Source: an uncultured Methanosarcinaceae archaeon
GTDB taxonomy: Archaea; Halobacteriota; Methanosarcinia; Methanosarcinales; Methanosarcinaceae
NCBI GenBank assembly: GCA_963733675.1
Contig: CAVTET010000003.1
Coordinates: 480,001-544,000, forward strand
DNA: 64,000 nt
Reading direction: 5' to 3'
The position numbers and the translations under genes are program-made. This document shows, one piece after another, positions 21,900 through 33,546 of this stretch. The notes under the pieces are model-generated. The model made no database searches. It was not told the origin of the DNA and saw nothing but the letters and a program-made list of their open reading frames with translations. Every line of letters starts with the position of its first letter. Within the stretch, counting starts at the first letter, position 1.

Positions 21900-22754
21900 G
21901 GTTCCGTTGCAAAAAATCCTTTCTAATGATACAATAGAATAAAAAGAAAACCAAAGATAGTAACATGCTATCTAATTCCTTTAAATGGAAGCATTATGAA
22001 GGGGAAATTATCTTATTGAATGTAAGATGGTACTTAAAATATGCATTAAGTTATAGAAATTTAAAGGAAATGATGGCAGAAAGGGGAGTAAAAGTCGACC
22101 ATACAACAATCATGAGATGGGTACATCAATATTCCCCTGAAATAGAAACGAAGATAAGAAGACATTTAAGACCAACAAATGATTCGTGGAGAGTTGATGA
22201 AACCTATATCAAAGTAAAAGGTAAATGGAAATATTTTTACCGAGCAGTTGACTCAAATGGAGATACAATTGATTTCATGTTAAGTTCAAAACGAGATAGA
22301 AAGGCAGCGAAGAGATTCTTTAAGAAAGCTTTAAGTTCTAATCATAATCAAATTCCAAGATTAATAACCGTTGATAAGAATCCAGCTTATTCACCTGCTA
22401 TAGATAAACTAAAAATTGATAAAATACTACCTAAAAACATAGGCATTCGACAAATCAAGTATTTGAATAACATTATAGAACAAGATCACAGATCTATAAA
22501 GAGAATCGTTAATCCAATGTTAGGATTTCAGTCTTTTCGATCTGCTAATAAGACTTTAAAAGGAATTGAAGCTATAAATATGATCAAAAAAGGACAAGTA
22601 ATCGATTTAAATTACTCTGTTCTTAATGAAGTCAAATACATGAATCAATTATTTGGTATAGTTTTATAATGTTAGTACATTTTCCTTGAATGTTTTGATT
22701 TTTATTAATCACTTATAGATTTACATATTTTGTTGAAGTTTTTGCAACGGAACC
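21900..22754 (+). mobile_element. IS6-family element, copy D (855 bp)
   Basis: Both IRs present; intact transposase. Confidence 0.95.
21965..22669 (+). CDS. IS6-family transposase
   Basis: DDE motifs; N-terminal variant WYLKYALSYRNLKEMM. Confidence 0.95.
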   Translation: MLSNSFKWKHYEGEIILLNVRWYLKYALSYRNLKEMMAERGVKVDHTTIMRWVHQYSPEIETKIRRHLRPTNDSWRVDETYIKVKGKWKYFYRAVDSNGDTIDFMLSSKRDRKAAKRFFKKALSSNHNQIPRLITVDKNPAYSPAIDKLKIDKILPKNIGIRQIKYLNNIIEQDHRSIKRIVNPMLGFQSFRSANKTLKGIEAINMIKKGQVIDLNYSVLNEVKYMNQLFGIVL

Positions 22755-23152
22755 TTAAATATTATATATGAAATTATCAACGCTTTGCGATTATGAGGTA
22801 AATTTCCAAATGGACTTTGTGAAGAACGATATACCAGTTCAAGAGAACAACCATGAAACATATCCTAATACTGGCAAACCTGAAAAGGAATAACAGGGTT
22901 GGGGAAGACATTAGGTGTTTGTAGGAGTACTGCTTTGAAAAATCAAAATTTTGTTGGCCAACCCGCTGTGAGCAACGGTGGATGCTCGAACCACCAAAAT
23001 TTTGATTTTTTTCCTGAGTTTTGCATTGATGTCGTCAATTGTCAGTGAGATCAGTGTTAAATTTTGGTGATCTCAGAAGATATTAAAATGTATCAAAAAA
23101 TTATGACAACAACTGTTATTATCCTTGAAAACAATCTCCAATTGGGATTTAT

Positions 23153-24199
23153 GTGATAAAAGAAGCCATGTTATACGAAAAACTCGAAGACAATAAGGTC
23201 CATTGTGGTCTATGTGCTCATAGTTGCAAAATTTCACCCGGAAAAAGAGGTTTTTGCAAGGTCAGGGAAAACAGGGGAGGAAATTTGTACACTCTTATTT
23301 ACGGTACTGTATCAAGCGAGGCAATTGATCCTATAGAAAAGAAGCCTCTATATCATTATTATCCAGGGTCTTATGTCTATTCGGTTGGGTCAATAGGGTG
23401 TAACTTCCGCTGCAAACATTGCCAAAACTGGTCGATTTCTCAGGCCTGCCTGGAGGATTCTTTCACAGTGGATATTCCTCCTGAAGAGCTGATAGAAAGG
23501 GCACTTACCACAAAATCAAGGTCAATTGCCTGGACTTATAATGAGCCTACAATCTGGCATGAATACACCTATGAGTCTTCAAAATTAGCAAAAAATGTAG
23601 GACTTACAACAGTCTATGTGACAAACGGGTATATGACTCCTGAAGCTCTCCTTCATATAGCCCCCTATCTAGATGCGGCTAATATTGATATCAAAGCATT
23701 CAATGAAAAATTTTATCACGATGTTGCCAGCGCAAAACTAGGGCCTGTACTTGAGGCTTCTGCCTTTGCAAAAAAGCTGGGAATCCATATAGAAATTACG
23801 ACCCTTATTATTCCTGGAATCAATGATTCCTTAGAAGAGCTCAGGGAGCTTTCACGGTGGGTTTACAAAAATATGGGACCTGAAACTCCACTACACTTTA
23901 CACGTTTCCATCCCCAGTATCAGATGCAAGATCTCTCTCCAACACCTGTGCAAACCATGCAGGAAGCTTATCAAATAGCAAATGAGGAGGGATTGAATTA
24001 TGTCTACTTGGGTAACGTTCCGGGGAGTGATCGAAATAATACATTCTGTCCTAATTGCGGGAAAATGTTGATATCACGCGGTTTATTCTCGATTGAAAAA
24101 TACGAGATCACACCTGAAAAGACATGTCCCATATGCGGAGAGAATATTCCCATAGTAGGGGAATACGCCGACTCAAGACATGTATCGTGCGAAGATTGA
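23153..24199 (+). CDS. amrS: AmmeMemoRadiSam-system radical SAM enzyme
   Basis: N-terminal C-x2-C-x3-C, DPIEKKPLYH, CNFRCKHCQNW, WTYNEP and HFTRFHP. Confidence 0.92.
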   Translation: MIKEAMLYEKLEDNKVHCGLCAHSCKISPGKRGFCKVRENRGGNLYTLIYGTVSSEAIDPIEKKPLYHYYPGSYVYSVGSIGCNFRCKHCQNWSISQACLEDSFTVDIPPEELIERALTTKSRSIAWTYNEPTIWHEYTYESSKLAKNVGLTTVYVTNGYMTPEALLHIAPYLDAANIDIKAFNEKFYHDVASAKLGPVLEASAFAKKLGIHIEITTLIIPGINDSLEELRELSRWVYKNMGPETPLHFTRFHPQYQMQDLSPTPVQTMQEAYQIANEEGLNYVYLGNVPGSDRNNTFCPNCGKMLISRGLFSIEKYEITPEKTCPICGENIPIVGEYADSRHVSCED

Positions 24200-24439
24200 T
24201 ACTGAACTAGATAAGCCCTTACATTATTGATGAAACTTATTATTAGCTTCGCAATAGCAAAAAAATAAATAAGCATCAATTAGTATAAAATACACAGTTT
24301 TGTAGTAAAACGTTTTTTTCAATTTTCATATTTGTAATAATCTCTCCTGTCCACATTCTTCGATTACCAAAATGTGTGGTACTTATAATTCTATATCGTG
24401 TCCAAAAAATATAAATTCGCAGTCCTTTAATCCTCGACT

Positions 24440-25324
24440 ATGTCTGTAAAAGAAGGTTCTTACAAACCCTATTCAGAAGTTGTAATTAGCAGTATAATCT
24501 ACGGTTCAATAGGCGTTTTCCTAAATAATATTCAGGACATGTCTATTGAATCCATCCTTTTCTCAATATCTTTTTTTGGCCTTTGCATGATTTTTATTTA
24601 CCTATTGTTCCGTAGAGGGTTGGGCCAGCTTAGATTTAGGAAAAATAGAAGATACCTAATTCTACTAGGCCTCCTGAATACAATTACAGGCATATGCTAC
24701 TTTTCTTCCATAAAATATAGTGGGATGTCCGTTGCAGTCCTTCTGCTTTATACAGCTCCTGTGTATGTTAGTCTGCTTGCTCCTACGATTCTTGGGGAAA
24801 AAAATAGTAGCAAAAGTCTTTTACCACTTTTTTTTGCCGTTACAGGGGTGCTACTTATTGCCCGCCCAGGAGAAGTTCTGATGAGCGTGGATACAGGATC
24901 CAATTTCCAGAAAGGTCTTATTTTTGGTTTGCTGGCAGGGCTATCTTTTGGTATAACTATAATCATGGTCCGTTACCTGAGGCATGATTACACAGGTATA
25001 ACTCAGACTTTCTGGATTACTGTTATAAGTCTCCTCATTATGCTTCCATCTGCACTTTTCACTCCTATCCACCTTTTCATTGAAAACCTTAATATTCTGA
25101 TGATGTTCGGTTTCACTATTACATTCGCTGCTGTTATTTACGTCAGAGGAATTTCAGGAATAAATGCACAAACAGGTAGTATTCTTGCCCTTTTAGAACC
25201 AGTCTCCGGAATCTTTTTTGACGTTGCCATTTTAAAAAATCCAGTATACATCTCAACTCTTCTAGGTTGCTGTTTAATTATCACAGCAGCTTATATTGTA
25301 AGTAGAAGGGATCGGAGTAAATGA
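24440..25324 (+). CDS. DMT/EamA family transporter
   Basis: About 10 TM helices; LLYTAP and LLEPV motifs. Confidence 0.9.
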   Translation: MSVKEGSYKPYSEVVISSIIYGSIGVFLNNIQDMSIESILFSISFFGLCMIFIYLLFRRGLGQLRFRKNRRYLILLGLLNTITGICYFSSIKYSGMSVAVLLLYTAPVYVSLLAPTILGEKNSSKSLLPLFFAVTGVLLIARPGEVLMSVDTGSNFQKGLIFGLLAGLSFGITIIMVRYLRHDYTGITQTFWITVISLLIMLPSALFTPIHLFIENLNILMMFGFTITFAAVIYVRGISGINAQTGSILALLEPVSGIFFDVAILKNPVYISTLLGCCLIITAAYIVSRRDRSK

Positions 25325-25459
25325 ATTAAAGGTTCAATATTTGAAAAGTAAGAGATTCTGCCTTGAAACAAGAGAGTTTCGGTATAAATATCCTGTCAAA
25401 AGCTCTTTACTTAAGAGACCCTCTATTTTTAGTACAATGGTTTTGAAAACGTGAGATAA

Positions 25460-26070
25460 ATGGTAGAAGAAAGTTCAATTATCGGGCTTAAAGACTGTGT
25501 AATAATTTATACACTTGGATAGAATTTAGCGCGCTTGACGATGTGAATCCGATAATTTAAAAGAGTGATTAAAGGCAATTGTTGAGTGACCGGATTCTGG
25601 CAAAAGCATTCTATCCATCTATAGGCCAACTGGATATTCCGAGTTTAGATTCCTAGTTGATAGATAATATCGATGTGATCAAAATGTCGAATAAAAAACT
25701 TTCCGAAATGTGGAACAGAATGTTGGGCTTCGCTTTCCAGTATCACCATTTACTTTCGGATTTAACAGCCCTAAACATATAATAATGCAACTCTTAGTTG
25801 CGGGAAATACAGAAAGAATGCAAAAGAAATTGCGAAAAATTTTTAAAGTAAGTGAGGGTTTTGAAGAACATATGAACTACATACATGGTAAACTTTCTGG
25901 AGGCATATCCAAAGTGCTGCAGTAGCAAGGTAACTGAGCCGTTATTTTGCAATTATGCTAGGGGATGAACCTAGAGACAACCTTGATACAAAAATAGATG
26001 CCCAGATATACGAATTGTTCAATATACTAAACAAATAATCTAATCCAGTATTTATTGTAGCCACTTAATG
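25460..26070 (+). pseudogene. Heavily decayed ABC transporter ATP-binding (LolD-like) gene
   Basis: Remnants PDSGKS (Walker A), IGQLDIP, KLSGG and LGDEP across broken frames. Confidence 0.6.
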
Positions 26071-26144
26071 AAAAAATGGCCTCAAAAGCTGATAGGATTA
26101 TTATGCTTATGGGATGGTAAATTGGTTCTAAATGAGGGGAAAAT

Positions 26145-26600
26145 ATGGAGTATGCAAAAGGTAGAATAGGCAGGGTCTTTACGGTCAGGATTGATCATAA
26201 GGATGACCTGATTAGGGAACTGATCAAATTTGCGGAACTGGAACATATTGAGTCAGCTTTTTTTACACTGCTCGGTGCATTAAGAGGGGGAAAACTTGTT
26301 ACAGGCCCGAAAGAGAGTGTTTTACCTCCGGAACCTATCTGGTCTGTCTTTGATGATGTACATGAGATTCTTGGAATTGGGAATATATTTCTTGAAGACG
26401 GAAAACCGAAGATCCACCTGCATGTGGGAGCAGGCTGGGAAGATGGTGTTAAATTGGGATGCTTGAGGGTTCAAAGCGAGGTTTTTATGGTAGTTGAGGC
26501 ATTCGTCCTTGAGATCGAAGGCATTTCTGTCAGAAGAGTTTCAGATACAGAAAAGGGATTCTCACCCGTGAAATTCGAAAAAATCCCAGAATTGGAATAA
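26145..26600 (+). CDS. PPC domain (DUF296) protein
   Basis: GRIGRVFTVRIDH, LGAL, EILGIGNI and KIHLH motifs. Confidence 0.88.
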   Translation: MEYAKGRIGRVFTVRIDHKDDLIRELIKFAELEHIESAFFTLLGALRGGKLVTGPKESVLPPEPIWSVFDDVHEILGIGNIFLEDGKPKIHLHVGAGWEDGVKLGCLRVQSEVFMVVEAFVLEIEGISVRRVSDTEKGFSPVKFEKIPELE

Positions 26601-26714
26601 TAACTATTACACTTAGTCATATTGGAATCCTCAATCTGTCCTTTGAGTATTCATTTTAATGTGATTATGTTGACAACAAACCTAGTGACTGAACAAATAG
26701 CTAATAAATAAAAG

Positions 26715-27261
26715 GGTTCCGTTGCAAAAAATCCTTTCTAATGATACAATAGAATAAAAAGAAAACCAAAGATAGTAACATGCTATCTAATTCCTTTAAA
26801 TGGAAGCATTATGAAGGGGAAATTATCTTATTGAATGTAAGATGGTACTTAAAATATGCATTAAGTTATAGAATAACCGTTGATAAGAATCCAGCTTATC
26901 CACCTGCTATAGATAAACTAAAAATTGATAATACTACCTAAAAACATAGGCATTCGACAAATCAAGTATTTGAATAACATTATAGAACAAGATCACAGAT
27001 CTATAAAGAGAATCGTTAATCCAATGTTAGGATTTCAGTCTTTTCGATCTGCTAATAAGACTTTAAAAGGAATTGAAGCTATAAATATGATCAAAAAAGG
27101 ACAAGTAATCGATTTAAATTACTCTGTTCTTAATGAAGTCAAATACATTAATCAATTATTTGGTATAGTTTTATAATGTTAGTACATTTTCCTTGAATGT
27201 TTTGATTTTTATTAATCACTTATAGATTTACATATTTTTTTGAAGTTTTTGCAACGGAACC
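26715..27261 (+). mobile_element. Internally deleted IS6 copy E (547 bp, both IRs intact)
   Basis: Junction ...AGTTATAGAA/TAACCGTTGATAAG near 26873 removes 308 bp relative to the 855-bp copies. Confidence 0.93.
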
Positions 27262-27668
27262 AATATGAGTCTAATATACCAAAAATTACTCGATGCATTG
27301 AAATCAAAAATTCCTGTGATTACTGAATTTAATGTTAAGGTGGGAAGGAAATCTAATTGTGCATTCACGATACAGTAGAGTACTGAAAAAATAAGATAAA
27401 GGATAAGTATAACCATCAATCTTTTTTATAAAAATTTTTTATTGGCAATTCTGCTTTATATTTATTGTAAAGAACAAACCCGGATACAAAAACAAACATT
27501 GGTACAGCGAACCTAACTAACTCTTCAATATACATCAGAGAAAACGTTAATCCGGTTAATTTATTTATTGCAACTGTGTGATCGGTGGTTGTATAATGAG
27601 CACCCTATAATAGTTATGACCCGCAGATAATTTATTTCCTCAAACTAATTTTTAGAAGCCTTAATCAA
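27262..27668 (-). pseudogene. Acyltransferase family 3 fragment truncated by IS6 copy E
   Basis: FEEINYLR..., RFAVPMFVFVSGFVLY and KRLMVILILYLIFS; TAG at 27645-27647; frameshifts. Confidence 0.75.
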
Positions 27669-28415
27669 AATTGATTCTCCTTCCAAACTAATCTAATTAT
27701 ATAGCCTTTAAATTTTCAGTTATGCGATGAGAATTTAAAGGAAACACATTATAATATTTTTGAGACCACATCATTTTTTGCTTTTCTCCAATTTTAAAGG
27801 AATAATTGAATTAGATCTAAATTAGTTGAATTTACGTCTCGTTTTGTGAAAAAGTTATGATGCCAATCGAAAGTTCTGTAAAATCACAAATACCAGAAAA
27901 TTATTGTATAGAAGATTTGATACACTATCAAAATTTGGAAAACAGTTACTTTTCTAGGTTAAAAAATTGTTATTTCCCAGATATACATTTGATTTTGAAG
28001 GATTTTTTCCCTTCAAGCGATGAAAAAGCATTTTTTGGTTTTAGTTATTGCATTAATTTTAATAAAATCTATGTATTACACTTTGAATCAGTGCAAAATA
28101 GGCTATGTGGAAATTAATATATGTGTAACAACATCTTGAAATTATCATTTCAGGAACCGATGACTGGAGCACTTTTGGAAATTTCACCTTAGTTTCATTT
28201 TGTTAGTATAGTGAGATTTTCATGACCATTTAAGTATTTCTTTTCAATTCTTACGTTTCTAGCTTTTAAACAAGGAAAGAAACCTTAAAGTCTATGATTC
28301 AAGTTATATATCCCTAAGAAGAAACTTGAGAAATGAACGCTCATGAAATATTGATTATCTCCATATGCGCTAAATTCCGGATAATGGAGGGATTTGCATA
28401 GAATCTTTCAAATGT

Positions 28416-29090
28416 GTGCTTACTAATTGGGATTACATTTATGATTTGTGTCGAAAAATATCAACGAAAATAAAACATTCTGGATACGAACCGGACGTAA
28501 TTATTGCGCTTGCCAGAGGAGGCTGGTTTGCAGGGCGCGTAATCTGTGATTTTCTGGGTTTAGACGACTTGTCCAGTCTGAAAATCGAGCATTATATAGG
28601 AACAATGGCTATCTATAGCGGTGAACCTTTTATTAAATATGCTCTTCCAGATAACGTTATGGGAAGTAAAAAAGTGCTTATAGTGGATGATATTGTCGAT
28701 ACTGGAGAGAGTATGCTAAGTGCAAAGGCTTACGTGGAAAGCCGGAATTCTATTGAAGTAAGGACAGCATCACTTCAATACATGGGAAGTTCGAAAATTG
28801 ACCCTGATTATGTGGGAGAACGACTTGAGGATTGGGCCTGGATTGTCTATCCCTGGAATTTTATGGAAGATATGATTAGCATACTTACTAAATGCATGAA
28901 AAAATATCCTAAAAAACGCTGGAGCCTTGAAGATATAAAGCACAGCCTTTACATAAACCATGGCCTTGATCCCATAGTCTTTGAAATAACCCAGCCAGGA
29001 AGGATTCCAGAAGTTCTGGAAGAGATGGAAAGAGTGTCCAGAATTAGCTCCGAAACAATCTGTGGGAAACAGTACTGGAAAATTTTATAA
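28416..29090 (+). CDS. Type I phosphoribosyltransferase
   Basis: IIALARGG, VLIVDDIVDTGES and WIVYPW. Confidence 0.92.
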   Translation: MLTNWDYIYDLCRKISTKIKHSGYEPDVIIALARGGWFAGRVICDFLGLDDLSSLKIEHYIGTMAIYSGEPFIKYALPDNVMGSKKVLIVDDIVDTGESMLSAKAYVESRNSIEVRTASLQYMGSSKIDPDYVGERLEDWAWIVYPWNFMEDMISILTKCMKKYPKKRWSLEDIKHSLYINHGLDPIVFEITQPGRIPEVLEEMERVSRISSETICGKQYWKIL

Positions 29091-29499
29091 AAAATTTATG
29101 TAATTATTCAGCCTATTAAAAATAAGTTGGATGATATTTATTTTGATGCAATAGATACTTTTGAATAGTGGGCAAATAGGCACACAAATTAATACATATC
29201 TGTACATCGGCAGGATGTAGGCTCATTAATATCTACCAGAAAGCTAGTAAGATTTTACAATCTCATTTGTTTCTTTTTGTCTTTATCGATTGAAAATAGC
29301 TTCTCCTATTAAAAGCAAATATTAAGCAGCAAATACAAATATACATATCTATTAAGGGCATTTATTAAAAGTAGCCATTGAGATATATAACATTGATATG
29401 TCTTTGCGGATATTAATTTAACAAGCTGTTAAGGTATCTACTGATGCTTATATCAGTTTCTACAAATTAGTTTGTACTCATCTATTGATCGGTGAATTC

Positions 29500-29958
29500 A
29501 TGCCCCACAGATGTACCAGATGCGGAACCATTTTTGAAGACGGAGATTCTGTCATCTTGAGCGGCTGCCCTAAATGCGGCTGGAATAAATTTCTTTATGC
29601 TAAAAGGGAGTCAGAAAGCTCGGAAACCCAAAGAAAGCCTGCTATTGGAAAACAGAAATTGGATCTTGAATCTTCTCTGAATGGAGTTGTTAGAAGTATC
29701 GATGAAGCTCTTGCTTCTGAGCACGAAATCAAAATGCAGGAACTTGAAACCGAGAGAAGAGCAGAAGAAGAAAGAGTAGAATCTGTAAGAATTCTTGGAC
29801 CAGGTTCTTACGAGCTTAATCTCGATTCACTTTTGGAGAGGAAAGAGCTAGTTATGGCAATCAAGGAAGAAGGTTCTTACGCCCTACACTTGCCCTCTGT
29901 TTTCAAACAGCGGAAGTATAAGCAAAAGGATAAATCCAAATTAAAAAAGCAGGAATAA
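29500..29958 (+). CDS. Zn-ribbon protein, DUF2072 (OapC-like)
   Basis: MPHRCTRCG...ILSGCPKCGWNKF...ESVRILGPGSYELNL. Confidence 0.88.
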   Translation: MPHRCTRCGTIFEDGDSVILSGCPKCGWNKFLYAKRESESSETQRKPAIGKQKLDLESSLNGVVRSIDEALASEHEIKMQELETERRAEEERVESVRILGPGSYELNLDSLLERKELVMAIKEEGSYALHLPSVFKQRKYKQKDKSKLKKQE

Positions 29959-30040
29959 TCTTTAAGTTTCTTAAAATTCTCCGGGAATGTTTGTCTGAAT
30001 TTTGTGAAAGACATCTTTCAAGAATCTAAGCAAGATTCCT

Positions 30041-30893
30041 GGTTCCGTTGCAAAAATCCTTTCTAATGATACAATAGGATAAAAAGAAAACCAAAGATGG
30101 TAATATGCTATCTAATTCCTTTAAATGGAAGCATTATGAAGGAGAAATTATTCTATTGAATGTGAGATGGCACTTAAAATATCCATCGAACTATACAAAT
30201 TTAAAGGGAATGATGATAGAAAGAGGAATTCAAGTTGATCACAGTACTATAATGAGATGGGTGCATCAATATTCCCCTGAACTAGAAAAGAAGATAAGAA
30301 GACATTTAAGACCAACAAATGATTCGTGGAGAGTTGATGAAACCTATATCAAAGTAAAAGGTAAATGGAACTATTTTTATCGAGCAGTTGACTCAAATGG
30401 AGATACAATTGATGTCATATTAAGTGCAAAACTAAATAGAACAGCAGCGAAGAGATTCTTTAAGAAAGCTTTTAGTTCTAATCATAATCAAATTCCAAGA
30501 GAAATAACAGTTGATAAGAATCCAGCATATCCACCTGCCACAGATGAACTGAAAAATGATAAAATACTACCTAAAAACGTAGGCATCCGACAAATCAAGT
30601 ATTTGAATAACATTATAGAACAAGATCATAGATCTATAAAGCGAATCGTTAATTCAATGTTAGGATTTCAGTCTTTTCGATCTGCTAATAAAACCTTAAA
30701 AGGAATTGAAGCTATGAATATGATCAAAAAAGGACATGTAAACGATCTAAATTACTCGGTTCTTAATGAAATCAAATACATAATCAATTGTTTGGTATAG
30801 TTTTATAATGTTGGTACATTTTCCTTGAATATTTTGATTTTTATTCATTACTTATAGATTTACATATTTTTTTGAATTTTTTGCAACGGAACC
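30041..30893 (+). mobile_element. IS6-family element, copy F (divergent)
   Basis: Both IRs; transposase 30105-30800 with substitutions and a C-terminal frameshift (KYIINCLV). Confidence 0.93.
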
Positions 30894-30966
30894 AAAAATA
30901 GTATATCTTGTAAAGGGATATTCAACCCATATTAAATTGCAATATGATAGGAATTGGGGTATAGAA

Positions 30967-31371
30967 ATGGGTCAAAAAGTACCACTGAAAATAACATTAA
31001 GTGGGATACTTCGTTGGATATTTGGATTGTTCTTTATAATAATTGCTTCAGAGATGGTTACAGAACGCGAATATTTTTCAGCAGTATTTATATTCATGGC
31101 AGCTTTTGTATCATTTCCGCCGATTTCAAATTTGCTGGAATCAGACTTGAATATTTCAATATCTGGCCCAGTGAGATTTTTGGTTGTAATACTCCTTTTA
31201 GTAGGATCTGTTGCTGTAGAGCCTAATCATTCATCTTCGGCAGTCATTTATACCCATGCTTTTTCAGGATCTAATAGTACCAATCAGGGTGACAATATTA
31301 GTTATTGGGAGTGGGAATGGCGTACGCCATCTAATATAGATAATACAAAGGTCCCATCGGGTTATGAATAA
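30967..31371 (+). CDS. Hypothetical membrane protein, probably 3'-decayed
   Basis: Three hydrophobic segments followed by a polar region. Confidence 0.55.
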   Translation: MGQKVPLKITLSGILRWIFGLFFIIIASEMVTEREYFSAVFIFMAAFVSFPPISNLLESDLNISISGPVRFLVVILLLVGSVAVEPNHSSSAVIYTHAFSGSNSTNQGDNISYWEWEWRTPSNIDNTKVPSGYE

Positions 31372-31838
31372 AAGCTACTTTGTATCTTGAAAAATAATCT
31401 TGATCAAAAGACAACAACAAGCTCAATTGATCGGAATTTATTTCCGGCTGGGCTTAGGTACGAGTATAATTCAATGACATTCGATAGTTTGCTGGGTTAT
31501 CAAGATCTAGAAATTACCAAAGTTTGAGAAATTGAACCAAAAAGAGTATAATCTAGTAAAAGGGCATCCAATCCGTGCTTAATTGCAATACGATGGAACC
31601 TGGGGTATGAGTCTGAGTGTTGCAAAAATTAGCTATTATGGAAATCGAAGTTCATAATGAATTGGAGAGATTGATACTGTTGACGGTGTACGAATCAACG
31701 GTATCGAACTTGCTTAAGACAAAATACAAAGATGTTGAACAGTATATAAATAGTTTTTACTTTATAAATTTTTTCCTGAACATGGTTTTTTGGAGAGGTT
31801 ACATTAAAAAGAAATGATTAAATGAAGGAGACAATAAT

Positions 31839-32777
31839 GTGAAAGATAATCAAGCAAGCTTTACTGCAATGACGGTAGCCTACATGCGTGCCTATCATTC
31901 CAAACATGCTACCGACAAAATCTTTGACGACTTTCTGGCCTATGAGTTGATACCCACGGAAAAAAGGGCACTAATTGAACAACATTTAATTGAACAAAAT
32001 ATGATCTTGGATCAACAGTTAAAAAATACAGAGTATGCTGTATTGCAATTTGAGCCAACAATTACTCAAGAGTTATTAAGGCAAGCAACCAGTAGATTGG
32101 AAGGCTTTTTCAATAGCCGTGCACGGTATGCTGAAGACGCCTTAAAAAAAGTAATCAAAAATGGAGTAAAGCAGTATGTTATTCTTGGAGCAGGAATGGA
32201 TACATTTGCATTCAGACAACCTGAGATGATGGAACATTTGGAAGCGTTTGAGGTTGATCACCCAGCTACACAAAAATTTAAGCTTCATCGCCTTGCAGAG
32301 TTAGGATGGAAACATCCAGCAAAATTACATTTTATTCCCATAGATTTCACAAAGGAAAGCCTGATGAAAGCACTAACTAACTCATCATCTTATGACCCAA
32401 AAGTTAAAACCTTCTTTAATTGGCTTGGTGTCACTTACTTCTTGACCAGAGATGAAGTATTCACAACATTTCGTTCTATCAGGGAAATTGCTCCTGCAAA
32501 TAGCACTATTGTCTTTGATTATCTTGATACTGATGCATTTATTCCTGAGAAATTGTCTGCACAAATGCAAAAATCGTTGGAGTATTTGAGGAAGATAGGT
32601 GAACCGATGATAACTGGCTTCAATCCGTCAACGTTAGGAGACGAACTCACATGTTTAGGATTTAGTCTCAAAGAAAATTTAAGCCCAGAAGACATCGAAG
32701 AACATTATTTCAAAGGACGTACAGGTGAATATCAAACCCAAGAATATGGGCACTTTGCATGTGCAGTTGTTAAATAA
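31839..32777 (+). CDS. Class I SAM-dependent methyltransferase (LCM-like)
   Basis: AYMRAYH, QYVILGAGMDTFA, FEVDHPATQ and WLGVTYFL. Confidence 0.92.
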   Translation: MKDNQASFTAMTVAYMRAYHSKHATDKIFDDFLAYELIPTEKRALIEQHLIEQNMILDQQLKNTEYAVLQFEPTITQELLRQATSRLEGFFNSRARYAEDALKKVIKNGVKQYVILGAGMDTFAFRQPEMMEHLEAFEVDHPATQKFKLHRLAELGWKHPAKLHFIPIDFTKESLMKALTNSSSYDPKVKTFFNWLGVTYFLTRDEVFTTFRSIREIAPANSTIVFDYLDTDAFIPEKLSAQMQKSLEYLRKIGEPMITGFNPSTLGDELTCLGFSLKENLSPEDIEEHYFKGRTGEYQTQEYGHFACAVVK

Positions 32778-33225
32778 TTAGGTATAACAATATGCCAATG
32801 AAAATTCTAATTTATCCATGATTTTTCCTTGGGTGTTCTGTTCAAATTACGCAGAGATTGTCTTACAAAAACTATGCATTTATTAATTTAGCTTCTATTT
32901 CTTTTATACCTAACTTTTGTTATACTGTTTGTGTTTTAGGGTGTAATATATTGGTAGCGATAGCAATATAATTACGAATTTTATTTCAAAACTAAAGTTT
33001 TCTTTCGTGATGAGATCAATTAACTTTTTTGATTGTGAAGATTTGCACTGATTTTGTAAAAAAGCCAGATTTTTTGCACCATAACCCGAAAATAAGAATA
33101 AATTATTAATATCAAATTGTTGTCCGATGTCAAAACATTTTATGGTGAAATAAGTTTTATTCATAAACCATTTTTTTAATAATTAATTTGAAATAACTAA
33201 GGAAGTAATTGTATATTGCAGACTA

Positions 33226-33315
33226 AAGGGGATTTCAATAAACATCCAAACTTTTTAAAATATTTAGAAATATTATATGAAATACTGGTAAAAATCAGAG
33301 AATCATCGAATCCCC
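33226..33315 (+). repeat. Family M MITE-like copy
   Basis: aggggatttcaataaac...aaaaatcagagaatcatcgaatcccc. Confidence 0.6.
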
Positions 33316-33351
33316 AAAAGTTTAAGTCGTACATATAGTAGGACGAACGAA

Positions 33352-33546
33352 ATGCCAATTATTGAGATCAAAGTTCTTGAAAATGAATTCTCAGAGGACG
33401 ATAAGAAGAAGTTTATTGCTGATATTACAGATGTTTTAGTCACGTTTTTTGGAGAAAATTTGCGTAACCATATATGGGTTATAGTTCAAGAATTGAAGTC
33501 TGGAAATTTGGGTATAGGTGGAAGATTATTAGATCAGAGGACATAA
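33352..33546 (+). CDS. 4-oxalocrotonate tautomerase family protein
   Basis: Catalytic Pro after Met (MPII), ITDV, WVIV.E and GIGG; C-terminus possibly frameshifted. Confidence 0.85.
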   Translation: MPIIEIKVLENEFSEDDKKKFIADITDVLVTFFGENLRNHIWVIVQELKSGNLGIGGRLLDQRT

